Origin: Candidatus Zixiibacteriota bacterium
GTDB lineage: Bacteria > Zixibacteria > MSB-5A5 > GN15 > FEB-12
Assembly: GCA_024276275.1 (NCBI GenBank)
Contig: JAJRXM010000072.1
Coordinates: forward strand, 8,416 to 72,415
DNA length: 64,000 nucleotides
Direction: 5' to 3'
Shown here: piece after piece, positions 48,687 through 57,006 of the stretch
Numbering within the stretch: the stretch's first letter is position 1
How the letters are laid out: every line of letters starts with the position of its first letter
Position numbers and translations under genes: made by a program
Notes under the pieces: model-generated
Databases searched by the model: none
Told to the model about the DNA's origin: nothing
The model's input: the letters and a program-made list of their open reading frames with translations, nothing else

Positions 48687-49116
48687 TTATAATTAACGAG
48701 ATAACAATTTCCCGTTCCTTTTCATTCATCATTGAAAATGTAATTTTATAATATCTGTTTGGAAGGAATTCATCAGCCCGTTCACCCCATTCGACTACTA
48801 CTAACCCATTTTTGTTCAGATAATCATCCCAACCGATTTCAATCAGCTCAGAACTATCGCCTAAGCGATATAAATCAAAATGATACATCGGACGATTGCC
48901 TGGATATTCATTAACAATTGTATATGAAGGCGAGTTGACTATCATTTCATCAATACCCAAACCTCGTGCAAGCCCCCGAACAAAAACAGTTTTGCCTGTA
49001 CCTAATTCTCCCGTTAAGACTAATAAGTCATCCGGGGTCAAGAGGCTTATAATCTTTTCCGCTAAAGCAAGCGTCTCCTCTTCAGAATGTGAAATAATTT
49101 GTAGTACTTTTGTCAT
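48679..49116 (-). CDS. tsaE: tRNA t6A37 biosynthesis ATPase TsaE
   Basis: 145 aa; Walker A GELGTGKT, SPSYTIVNEY. Confidence 0.85.
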   Translation of the reverse strand: MTKVLQIISHSEEETLALAEKIISLLTPDDLLVLTGELGTGKTVFVRGLARGLGIDEMIVNSPSYTIVNEYPGNRPMYHFDLYRLGDSSELIEIGWDDYLNKNGLVVVEWGERADEFLPNRYYKITFSMMNEKEREIVISLIINE

Positions 49117-49118
49117 AC

Positions 49119-50672
49119 TTATTTCTTAGGTTTTAATACCGCAACAGGTACGACCATTTCCTCTAGTGATAGACCGCCATGCTGAAATGAATTATGAAAA
49201 TATCTGACCATTTCATTATAGTTATTCGGATAGACAAAATAATAATCTTCTTTTGCTATAATATAGGTTGTTGCGAGTCCTAATTTCGGTAGCCGCCACT
49301 CTTCAGGATTTTTTATTAAAATAGAATCTTTTGGATCAGATTTCAAATTATCACCATACTTATATCGTAAATTTGTAGATGTTGACTTTTTACCATGAGC
49401 TTTGGTTCCTCTTTTACAAAGAGTGGAACCGTGGTCTGATGTCATTACAATAGTATAATCTTCTGAGGCAAATGCTTTTAGTATTGAAAATAAAGACGAG
49501 TGTATAAACCATGATTTCATCAACCCTCGAAAAGCAGCTTCTGTACCTGCGATTTCTTTTAGAATCACATTATTAGAACGTCCATGTACAAGTATATCTA
49601 AAAAGTTAAAAACAATTGAAACAAGAGGAGTTCCAAACAGGTCAGAAACTTTTTTATAAAGCACTTCCCCTTCGGTATTCACATTTATTTTTAAATATTT
49701 CGGTGGACGTTCTGTGCGAACTCCATGACGGGCTAAATTATCGGCAATAAATTTTTCTTCAAATCGATTTAATGACCCTTCGTCTGATTCATTATATGTA
49801 TTATGGTAAGTTTGATGTATTTCATCAGGGAAAAGTCCTGAAAAAATAGCATTTCGGGCAAAAGGTGTCGCTGTCGGCAGTAGTGAAAAATAACTATGTC
49901 TCTGTATAGAATAAAATTCAGCAATCAACGGTTCTATCAACATCCATTGGTCAAGCCTCATACAGTCAACAACAACAAATAAAACTTTCTTTCCTTTTTT
50001 CATTTCAGGTACAACAAATTTTTCTACAATATCAGTTGAGACCATCGGTCGGTCATCACTTCCCAGCCACTCTTTATAGTTTTTTTCAATATATTTGGTA
50101 AATTCGATATTCCATTCTTTGTGGGTACCTTCAAGCATCTCCCTGATACCTTGGTCTTGGTTTTCATCAACTTCAAGATTCCATTCAGCTAGAATTTGGG
50201 CAGCATCCAGCCAATCGTTTGGTTCCAAAGAACCGTAAAGTTTCTGATTAAACTGATTGATATCGGAGATATATCTTTTCATCGACGAGGAGCTGATAAT
50301 TTTTTTTGAATCAAGCTGTCTTTTTATCACCATTAATATCTGTGAAGGGTTCACCGGTTTTACTAAATAGTCATCTATTTTTTGACCAAGAGCATCCTCC
50401 ATAAGTGATTCTTCTTCGGACTTTGTAACCATGACAACCGGAAGATGCGGCGAGATATCTTTTATTTCTTCAAGAGTTGTCAAACCGTCCTTGCCGGGCA
50501 TCATTTCATCAAGTAAAATTAAATCAAATTGTTATTTTGAGACCATTTCGACGGCATCATCACCGGATATAGCTGTTTTTAAAGTGTATCCCTTTTTTTC
50601 AAGGAATAAAATATGCGGTTTTAACGAATCTATTTCATCGTCAACCCATAATATTTTTTGAGATTTATCCAT
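49119..50672 (-). pseudogene. PorX-like response regulator (REC + PglZ/alkaline-phosphatase-superfamily domain) interrupted by one in-frame TAA
   Basis: An ATG at 50672 opens MDKSQKILWVDDEIDSLKPHILFLEKKGYTLKTAISGDDAVEMVSK. TAA at 50532-50534 follows, then the same frame continues QFDLILLDEMMPGKDG... into ORF 49119-50504. C-terminal PglZ-type MTSDHGS. Total is about 517 codons. Confidence 0.8.
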
Positions 50673-50679
50673 GCTTTTC

Positions 50680-51945
50680 CTATGAGTCAGTTACCGGAAA
50701 CTGAATTTCAAAAACAGTTTCACCCGGCTTTGACCTTTTGAGTGCTATTTTTCCACCATGATATTCTTCAATAATTCTTTTTACAAGCGTCAGTCCCAGT
50801 CCCCATCCACGTTTCTTTGTTGTAAAACCCGCTCTAAATATTTTTCTGGCAGCGGCACTTGTTATTCCAATACCGTTATCTACAATTTCAAGCATTACAC
50901 AATGAGCCTGCGTAGGTTTTGAAGTTGTTATACTTATAATCCCTGTTTTAGGGTCTACGGATTGTAGTGCATTCTTGATTAAGTTTTCCAAAGCCCATCC
51001 AAGAAGTTCTCGGTTGAGATTTACTAAAGGGATCTCGTTCTTTTGAAATAATATTTTAATTCCTTTACCCTCAAAAGGTAATCTTCTACAATAATAATCA
51101 ACCGCATCTTGCACTAAATCATTCAAAGAGTACGGACTAAGTTCCGGGATAGAACCAATTTTACCAAACCTATTGGCAACTTTTTCTAATCTGTCCACAT
51201 CGGTTTCCATGTTCGACATAGTTTCATCAAACAGTTGTTCATCTTTTGTTGAAAGAGAACCAGTTTCTTTTTCAGTTTTCAATATTTCCAACCATCCCAT
51301 AAGTGAAGATATCGGAGTGCCTAACTGATGTGCTGTTTCTTTTGCCATACCGACCCAAATAAGCCGTTCTTCCGATTTACGAATGTTTTGAAAACCGATC
51401 ATAGCAACAATCATAAATGTTAGAATAATCCCTATTTGAATAAAAGGCATTATCTTTAGTTCGTTAATGATTTCGGAATCACCATAGCAAAAGTAATAAA
51501 GGATACTGTCATTTTCGTTGGTATAGATAATGAGCGGAAAGTCACCGTTTTGCTTGACCATTTCATCGGCTGCTGCCTTGAGAGTTGCCATTGCTTCAGG
51601 AGAATAATCGTCTTCTGCAATATTCTCAATATTCCTCCGATGTATAGGAACTCTCTCTTCGTTAAGAACTATAATTGGGAAATTAGCTTTAACAATAACT
51701 TCATCAAAGATAAACTGAAGAACAGAACTTGAAATATTAGAATTGGCAGCCAACTGCCAGAGTTTCATATTATTTTCAACTTGCGAACGGGTATCATCTT
51801 TGAGTTCATCAATAACATTAAAAGTATACCAGATAAATAGTCCGGAAATAATCGCAACTCCACCCAAGAGAAAAATTTTGAAAATTGTAGATTTACCTAC
51901 ATAAAGCGAATCAACAGTTTTTCTTTTAAATTCTGTGTTTGCCAT
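50680..51945 (-). CDS. membrane sensor histidine kinase (PorY-like partner of the adjacent regulator)
   Basis: 421 aa; two TM segments, HisKA TAHQLGTPISSLMGW, HATPase DNGIGI ... GWGLGLTLV; stop lies 7 nt before the regulator start. Confidence 0.75.
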   Translation of the reverse strand: MANTEFKRKTVDSLYVGKSTIFKIFLLGGVAIISGLFIWYTFNVIDELKDDTRSQVENNMKLWQLAANSNISSSVLQFIFDEVIVKANFPIIVLNEERVPIHRRNIENIAEDDYSPEAMATLKAAADEMVKQNGDFPLIIYTNENDSILYYFCYGDSEIINELKIMPFIQIGIILTFMIVAMIGFQNIRKSEERLIWVGMAKETAHQLGTPISSLMGWLEILKTEKETGSLSTKDEQLFDETMSNMETDVDRLEKVANRFGKIGSIPELSPYSLNDLVQDAVDYYCRRLPFEGKGIKILFQKNEIPLVNLNRELLGWALENLIKNALQSVDPKTGIISITTSKPTQAHCVMLEIVDNGIGITSAAARKIFRAGFTTKKRGWGLGLTLVKRIIEEYHGGKIALKRSKPGETVFEIQFPVTDS

Positions 51946-53207
51946 TATCCGATTTTTTCTATACCACCCATATACGGAACCAAGACATCCGGTATTGTAA
52001 CTGTTCCGTATTCATTTTGATAATTTTCTAAAATTGCCGGTATCAACCGAGCCAAAGCAACACCGGAACCGTTTAATGTATGCGGAAATTGTATTTTCTT
52101 TTCATCATCGCGGAACCGACAGTTCATGCGTCGGGTTTGGAAAGATTCAAAATTTGATACAGAAGATATTTCAAGATACTTATCAACACCTGCTGCCCAA
52201 AGTTCGATATCATAACATTTTGCGGCAGCAAATGAAAGGTCACCTGTTGCTAAAGTACCGACACGGTATGGAATTTTGAGACCTTGCAGAATTTTTTCTG
52301 CCTGAGCAACCAAAGTTTCTAATTCATCATAAGATTTATCCGGATGTACAATTTTTACCATTTCAACTTTGTCAAACTGATGTACCCGAATCATTCCCCT
52401 GGTATCTTTACCGGCTGCTCCTGCTTCACGGCGAAAGCAGGGAGAATATCCGACCATCTTGATAGGCAAATCATTACCGTTTATAATTTCTTTTTTATAT
52501 ACATTAGTAATAGAAACTTCAGCAGTCGGAATAAGATACATACCGTCTTCTGTCGTTTTATACATATCCTCTTCCATTTTCGGAAGCTGCCCTGTACCGA
52601 ACATTGTCTCTTCTGTTACAAGATACGGTGCCGTGACTTCTTCAAATCCGTCAGCAGAGTGTGTGTCAAGCATATAGCTTACCAATGCACGTTGTAATCT
52701 GCCCCCTAACCCACGCAAAAGATAAAACCCTGCACCCGATATTTTTGTGGCAGCATCTAAATCTAGAATTCCAAGTTTTTCTCCGATTTCCCAATGAGGC
52801 AGCACTTTAAAAGACGGTTTCACTATATCACCCCATTCGCGGACAATAACCATATCATCCTCTCCCCCGACCGGGACAGATTCGTGGGGAAGGTTAGGAA
52901 TCCAGGTGCTGATACTTTTAATTTGTGCGTCAAATCCTCGAAGCTGACCATCTAAAACAGAAATTTTTTCACCGACTTTTTTCATTTCAGCGATAGCATC
53001 ATCGGCAGACTCACCTGCTTTTTTCTTTTTTGCAATTTCCGATGATGCTTGATTTCTTTTTGCTTTTAAATCTTCGACTTCGTGGATTATATCTCTTCGA
53101 TTATTATCTAACGACAAAAGTTTATCTATATCGACATCTGTTTTCTTTTTTGCGATAGCTTCTTTTACAAAATCCGGGTTTTCACGGATAAATTTCATAT
53201 CTAACAT
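51945..53207 (-). CDS. serS: seryl-tRNA synthetase
   Basis: 420 aa; N-terminal coiled-coil arm, class II core (FRREAGAAGKDTRGMIRVHQF, TLNGSGVA). Confidence 0.95.
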   Translation of the reverse strand: MLDMKFIRENPDFVKEAIAKKKTDVDIDKLLSLDNNRRDIIHEVEDLKAKRNQASSEIAKKKKAGESADDAIAEMKKVGEKISVLDGQLRGFDAQIKSISTWIPNLPHESVPVGGEDDMVIVREWGDIVKPSFKVLPHWEIGEKLGILDLDAATKISGAGFYLLRGLGGRLQRALVSYMLDTHSADGFEEVTAPYLVTEETMFGTGQLPKMEEDMYKTTEDGMYLIPTAEVSITNVYKKEIINGNDLPIKMVGYSPCFRREAGAAGKDTRGMIRVHQFDKVEMVKIVHPDKSYDELETLVAQAEKILQGLKIPYRVGTLATGDLSFAAAKCYDIELWAAGVDKYLEISSVSNFESFQTRRMNCRFRDDEKKIQFPHTLNGSGVALARLIPAILENYQNEYGTVTIPDVLVPYMGGIEKIG

Positions 53208-53275
53208 TATAATTCCTTGTTTTTGCTGCTTTTTCTATAAAACCTGCTTAAAATAGTTCCAATTTGTTTTTAACA

Positions 53276-53304
53276 ATTATAAGATAATCAATAGGTTAAG
53301 TCAA
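53276..53304 (-). promoter_or_regulatory. sigma-70-type promoter for serS (TTGACT-N17-TATAAT)
   Basis: Minus strand TTGACT at 53304-53299 and TATAAT at 53281-53276. Confidence 0.5.
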
Positions 53305-53438
53305 TGAGAAGAAGCTCCTCTATAGAACTTCTAAGGCTTTGATATAAAACAATTTATAAATTTCAGAAGATTATACTTGCCTTTTATTTATAAATTGATA
53401 AATTAAGAGACTTTTTTAATTAAGGAGCTTAACTAGTT

Positions 53439-53660
53439 ATGGCTAAAATGTGTGACATTTGTGGCAAGAAACCATCCGCAGGGAATAACGTTTCTCATGC
53501 CCATAATATTACGAAAAGACGTTTTTTACCAAATTTACAAAATGTGAGAGCATTGGTAAACGGTACACCAAAACGTTTGTCTGTCTGTACTTCCTGTATT
53601 AAAGCAGGAAAAGTTATTAAGAATGTACGTAAGAACAAACCTGTTCAACCGTCTGCTTAA
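53439..53660 (+). CDS. rpmB: 50S ribosomal protein L28
   Basis: 73 aa; [34 protein letters not shown] matches the L28 family. Confidence 0.95.
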   Translation: MAKMCDICGKKPSAGNNVSHAHNITKRRFLPNLQNVRALVNGTPKRLSVCTSCIKAGKVIKNVRKNKPVQPSA

Positions 53661-53708
53661 TCGACAGAACTAATTCGTATTAAAATTTGAAACCGTCTCA
53701 TGGCGAAC

Positions 53709-53730
53709 AAACCGCCTTCAGGCGGTTTTT
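53709..53730 (+). terminator. Rho-independent terminator after rpmB
   Basis: aaaccgcc ttca ggcggttt followed by a T-run. Confidence 0.7.
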
Positions 53731-53759
53731 CTGTTGCAAAACTATCGGATTATTAATCT

Positions 53760-53793
53760 AAAAAAAACCGTCGGGTGGAGCAGACCCGACGGT
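53760..53793 (-). terminator. Rho-independent terminator after the flagellin-like gene
   Basis: 9-bp stem accgtcggg / cccgacggt, followed on the minus strand by T7-8. Confidence 0.7.
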
Positions 53794-53839
53794 ACGTACA
53801 AATTGCTATCCTATAGCAATAGGGAGGGTAAAAAAAAAT

Positions 53840-54610
53840 CTATTTATTACCAAACAACGATAAAACAGTTCTTGAAGTAATTCTAAAATGAGCTAACATG
53901 GCAGACCCTACATCTACTCGAAATTGTTCAGCAAGAAAAGATGAAAACTCTCTGGCAAAATCAACAGCCCGAAGGCTTGACTCAGCCGCTATCAGGTTTT
54001 CTCGTGAAATTTTCATTGTTGCTATACTTGATTCCAGCTCGTTTTTCTGAGTTGCTCCGACATCAACTACGACAGCGTCTATCTCGGCAATTTTACTGTC
54101 AATTATTACTATAGATGCATTGGCAGCATCAGCAGTAGTAAGGTCTACCCCTGATAAATCATTTAAAGATGCCAACGACCCTTTGGACCCGTCAAAAAGT
54201 ACAGCACCGTTATAAACTGCTTTGTTGAGAGTAACATTAAAATTGGATTCTACAAGTGATGCCGAATCGGCATACGCCTTTTGGGCAGCCTCGGAATTTC
54301 CACCTTCATTTGCAGCACCGATTGCCAAGGTTCTTATTTCTGTTAATTGTGAACGCATCTCAGATAAAGTTGAAGAAGCCGTGTTGTATTTTCCAATTTG
54401 CATTGAGGTATTCTCAATTTGCTGATTCAAAGTTGCTATTTGTGTGCGAAATTTTTCTGAGATCATCAATTGTGCCGGACCGTCAACTGCTGAATTAATC
54501 TTCATACCTGAACTCAATTTTTCTAGAGATTTATACATCCCAAAAAGTGCTGAATTTAAGTTCCCTGTAAACATTAGCATAGACGAATTATTAAAAATTG
54601 ATTGAATCAC
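53840..54610 (-). CDS. short divergent flagellin-domain protein (FliC/FlgL family, D0/D1 only)
   Basis: 256 aa; the N-terminus LEKLSSGMKINSAVDGPAQLMISEKFRTQI ... LTEIRTLAIGAAN and the C-terminus GATQKNELESSI ... ENLIAAESSLRAVDFAREFS ... VLSLF follow the flagellin N/C pattern; GTG start behind AGGAGGAGGA. Confidence 0.65.
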   Translation of the reverse strand: MIQSIFNNSSMLMFTGNLNSALFGMYKSLEKLSSGMKINSAVDGPAQLMISEKFRTQIATLNQQIENTSMQIGKYNTASSTLSEMRSQLTEIRTLAIGAANEGGNSEAAQKAYADSASLVESNFNVTLNKAVYNGAVLFDGSKGSLASLNDLSGVDLTTADAANASIVIIDSKIAEIDAVVVDVGATQKNELESSIATMKISRENLIAAESSLRAVDFAREFSSFLAEQFRVDVGSAMLAHFRITSRTVLSLFGNK

Positions 54611-54653
54611 TCCTCCTCCTTCCTTTCATTGATTGGAGGTTGCAAATTATATA

Positions 54654-54670
54654 AAGCAGGAGACGTGCCA
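54654..54670 (-). promoter_or_regulatory. sigma-54 (-24/-12) promoter upstream of the flagellin-like gene
   Basis: Minus strand TGGCACGTCTCCTGCTT has correct GG-N10-GC spacing; about 44 nt upstream of the GTG. Confidence 0.55.
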
Positions 54671-54838
54671 AAGCCTGCAACTACTTGTTATATCGTTACT
54701 GCTAAATAGATTACGAAAAACATAAGACTGGTTATTTTGAGTAAAAAAAGATAAAATCTATAGGTCTATTTCAATAAGATATTGGTTTCGATATTTAAGT
54801 CCTGTATACAAATTCAACAGTTCAATATTATAATTATC

Positions 54839-54866
54839 TTGACAAGAAAGACTTTTTAAGTACATT
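54839..54866 (+). promoter_or_regulatory. sigma-70-type promoter for the secreted Gly-rich protein (TTGACA-N16-TACATT)
   Basis: TTGACA at 54839-54844 and TACATT at 54861-54866. Confidence 0.45.
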
Positions 54867-54957
54867 TTAGTATACAATTACCGAATACTTATCTAACTAG
54901 TACTTATTAGTTTTAAAATATGAAACAAATTACAATTAAATATCTAAGGAGTTTTGC

Positions 54958-56796
54958 ATGAAACAACACCACCGACTTTTTAACAATTGCATCCTTCAGG
55001 CAAATAAAGTTTTGCTTTTTCTTTTTCTCAGCATAGGAATTTTTTTATCACCACAAATTGTTGATGCTGCCGGTGTTTTCGGCAACGGCATCGACGGACC
55101 TCTAGTTGTTTCAGGTACGTTTAATATAACTGCCGACAGAGAATATACTGACTTAACTATTAACTCCGGGGCTACCTTGGAAACTCACGGATTTATCATT
55201 AGAGTATCAGGGACTCTTCTGAATAACGGTACAATAACAGATTCTAATTCCGGTGGTAATGGAGGCGGACCCAGTGCAGGTGGAAACGGTGGAATCGGTG
55301 CATCGGGACATAATCCTCCAGATGTAGGTTTACCCGGAAATTGCGGCAATGGACCGTCAGTAGTCGGTGGTGGAATAGGTGGTAATAGTGGAGCAGGTGG
55401 CGGTGGCGGCGGTGCTGCCTGGGATGTTAACGAAAACAGATGGGGTCAAGGCGGTAAAGGTGGTAATGGCGGAGCAGGAGGTAAAGGCGGAGGTGTAGTT
55501 ACTATCTATGCTCAAAATTTAAATAATAACGGAACAATACATGCAAATGGACAAAACGGTTTAAGCGGTGAATTCGGAGCTTTAGGTACAATAGATTCAT
55601 GGACAATATTTGTTTCCAACTATGATTTAGCCGGTGGTGGCGGCGGAGGTGGTGCCGGTGGTAGCGGTGGTGACGGTGGAACAGTACAAATATTTTATGG
55701 CAATCTCACCAATGCAGGTTCTATCTTAGCTCTAGGCGGTAACGGTGGAGCCGGTCGTGCAGGCGGAGCAGGTATAAATACTTCCTTTACTTCTACATCA
55801 GGTCAATTTGAAGAAAATGGAGCACAATCTATTTTCACAGCCTGTACCGAAGGAATCGGTGGAACAGGCGGTCGAGGTGAAATGGGTTCTGCCTCAAGCA
55901 ACAGTGGCTCTCCCGGTCAAAACGGTTTTTCGGTAAGCAACGGAACAACGTCTTTGACAACAACTATCATTTGCTATATTGATTTTGATAACGACGGATT
56001 TGGCGACGCAGGCGATGCCGGTACTCCCTCAACTAGTTGTGGTGTAGGATTCTCTACTAACAATACAGATTGTGATGATAACGATAATACAGTATTCCCC
56101 GGAGCAACTGAAATTCCTGACAACGGCATAGATGAAGATTGTAACGGTGCCGATGCTGTCACTTGCTATGCCGATTTTGATTCTGATATGTTTGGTGACC
56201 CAAACAACACTACCATAGACCCTTCAGGCACTTGCACCTCTCCGTTTATCCTAGACAATACTGATTGTGATGATAACAACTTAAATATTAATCCTGCAGC
56301 TTTTGATATTCCTGACAACGGAATAGATGAAGATTGTAACGGTGCCGATGCTGTCACCTGCTATGCCGATTTTGATTCTGATATGTTCGGTGACCCAAAC
56401 AACACTACCATAGACCCTTCAGGCACTTGCACCTCTCCGTTTATCTTAGATAATACTGATTGTGATGATAACAACTTAAATATTAATCCTGCAGCTTTTG
56501 ATATTCCTGACAACGGAATAGATGAAGATTGTAGCGGAGCTGACGCATCTTGTTGTATTGCCGATAGAGGTAATGTCAACGGTGGTCCTGATGATGGTAC
56601 TTTCTCAGGTTCGGTAGATATTTCTGATTTAGTCTATTTAGTAGCATTTGCTTTCTCTGGAGGACCTGCCCCACCATGTGCTGCCGAAGCAGACGTCGAT
56701 GCGTCGGGTGGAACAATTCCTATTGACATAAGTGATGTTGTTGCGTTAGTAGCTTACATGTTCTCAGGTGGAGTTCAACCTGCACCTTGTATATAG
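54958..56796 (+). CDS. secreted Gly-rich repeat protein with three MopE-like Cys/Asp metal-binding modules and a C-terminal dockerin-like pair
   Basis: 612 aa; signal peptide. GGNGG / GGGGGG-rich region (aa about 95-330). Three modules of DCDDN..(V/I).P.A..IPDNGIDEDC.GAD. C-terminus has two DISD(L/V)V.LVA..FSGG segments. Confidence 0.7.
   Translation: MKQHHRLFNNCILQANKVLLFLFLSIGIFLSPQIVDAAGVFGNGIDGPLVVSGTFNITADREYTDLTINSGATLETHGFIIRVSGTLLNNGTITDSNSGGNGGGPSAGGNGGIGASGHNPPDVGLPGNCGNGPSVVGGGIGGNSGAGGGGGGAAWDVNENRWGQGGKGGNGGAGGKGGGVVTIYAQNLNNNGTIHANGQNGLSGEFGALGTIDSWTIFVSNYDLAGGGGGGGAGGSGGDGGTVQIFYGNLTNAGSILALGGNGGAGRAGGAGINTSFTSTSGQFEENGAQSIFTACTEGIGGTGGRGEMGSASSNSGSPGQNGFSVSNGTTSLTTTIICYIDFDNDGFGDAGDAGTPSTSCGVGFSTNNTDCDDNDNTVFPGATEIPDNGIDEDCNGADAVTCYADFDSDMFGDPNNTTIDPSGTCTSPFILDNTDCDDNNLNINPAAFDIPDNGIDEDCNGADAVTCYADFDSDMFGDPNNTTIDPSGTCTSPFILDNTDCDDNNLNINPAAFDIPDNGIDEDCSGADASCCIADRGNVNGGPDDGTFSGSVDISDLVYLVAFAFSGGPAPPCAAEADVDASGGTIPIDISDVVALVAYMFSGGVQPAPCI
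56140..56529 (+). repeat. tandem 195-bp duplication (2 copies, 4 mismatches, all synonymous) inside the secreted-protein gene
   Basis: 56140-56334 versus 56335-56529 differ only at 4 third-codon positions; an older diverged copy precedes at about 55975-56139. Confidence 0.95.
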
Positions 56797-56820
56797 TCAC
56801 TATATATAACTAATAAATTA

Positions 56821-56854
56821 AACAGGTTCTTAACTATGAAGAACCTGTTTTTTT
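56821..56854 (+). terminator. Rho-independent terminator after the secreted-protein gene
   Basis: 11-bp stem aacaggttctt / aagaacctgtt followed by T7. Confidence 0.75.
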
Positions 56855-56881
56855 ATAATATTCTTTTCAAAAGTAATAAAT

Positions 56882-56920
56882 AAAAAAATGCCGTTGGTAG
56901 GGTAGTTTAACCGACGGCAT
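56882..56920 (-). terminator. Rho-independent terminator after ftsZ
   Basis: atgccgttgg / ccgacggcat hairpin, followed on the minus strand by T7. Confidence 0.65.
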
Positions 56921-57006
56921 TAGTGGAGGAACCAAACGAGAGCGTCATAACCGCTCTTTGTTAGGTTAATTGGTGGTTTTTATATACAAAATAAATATTA
57001 ACGCTA

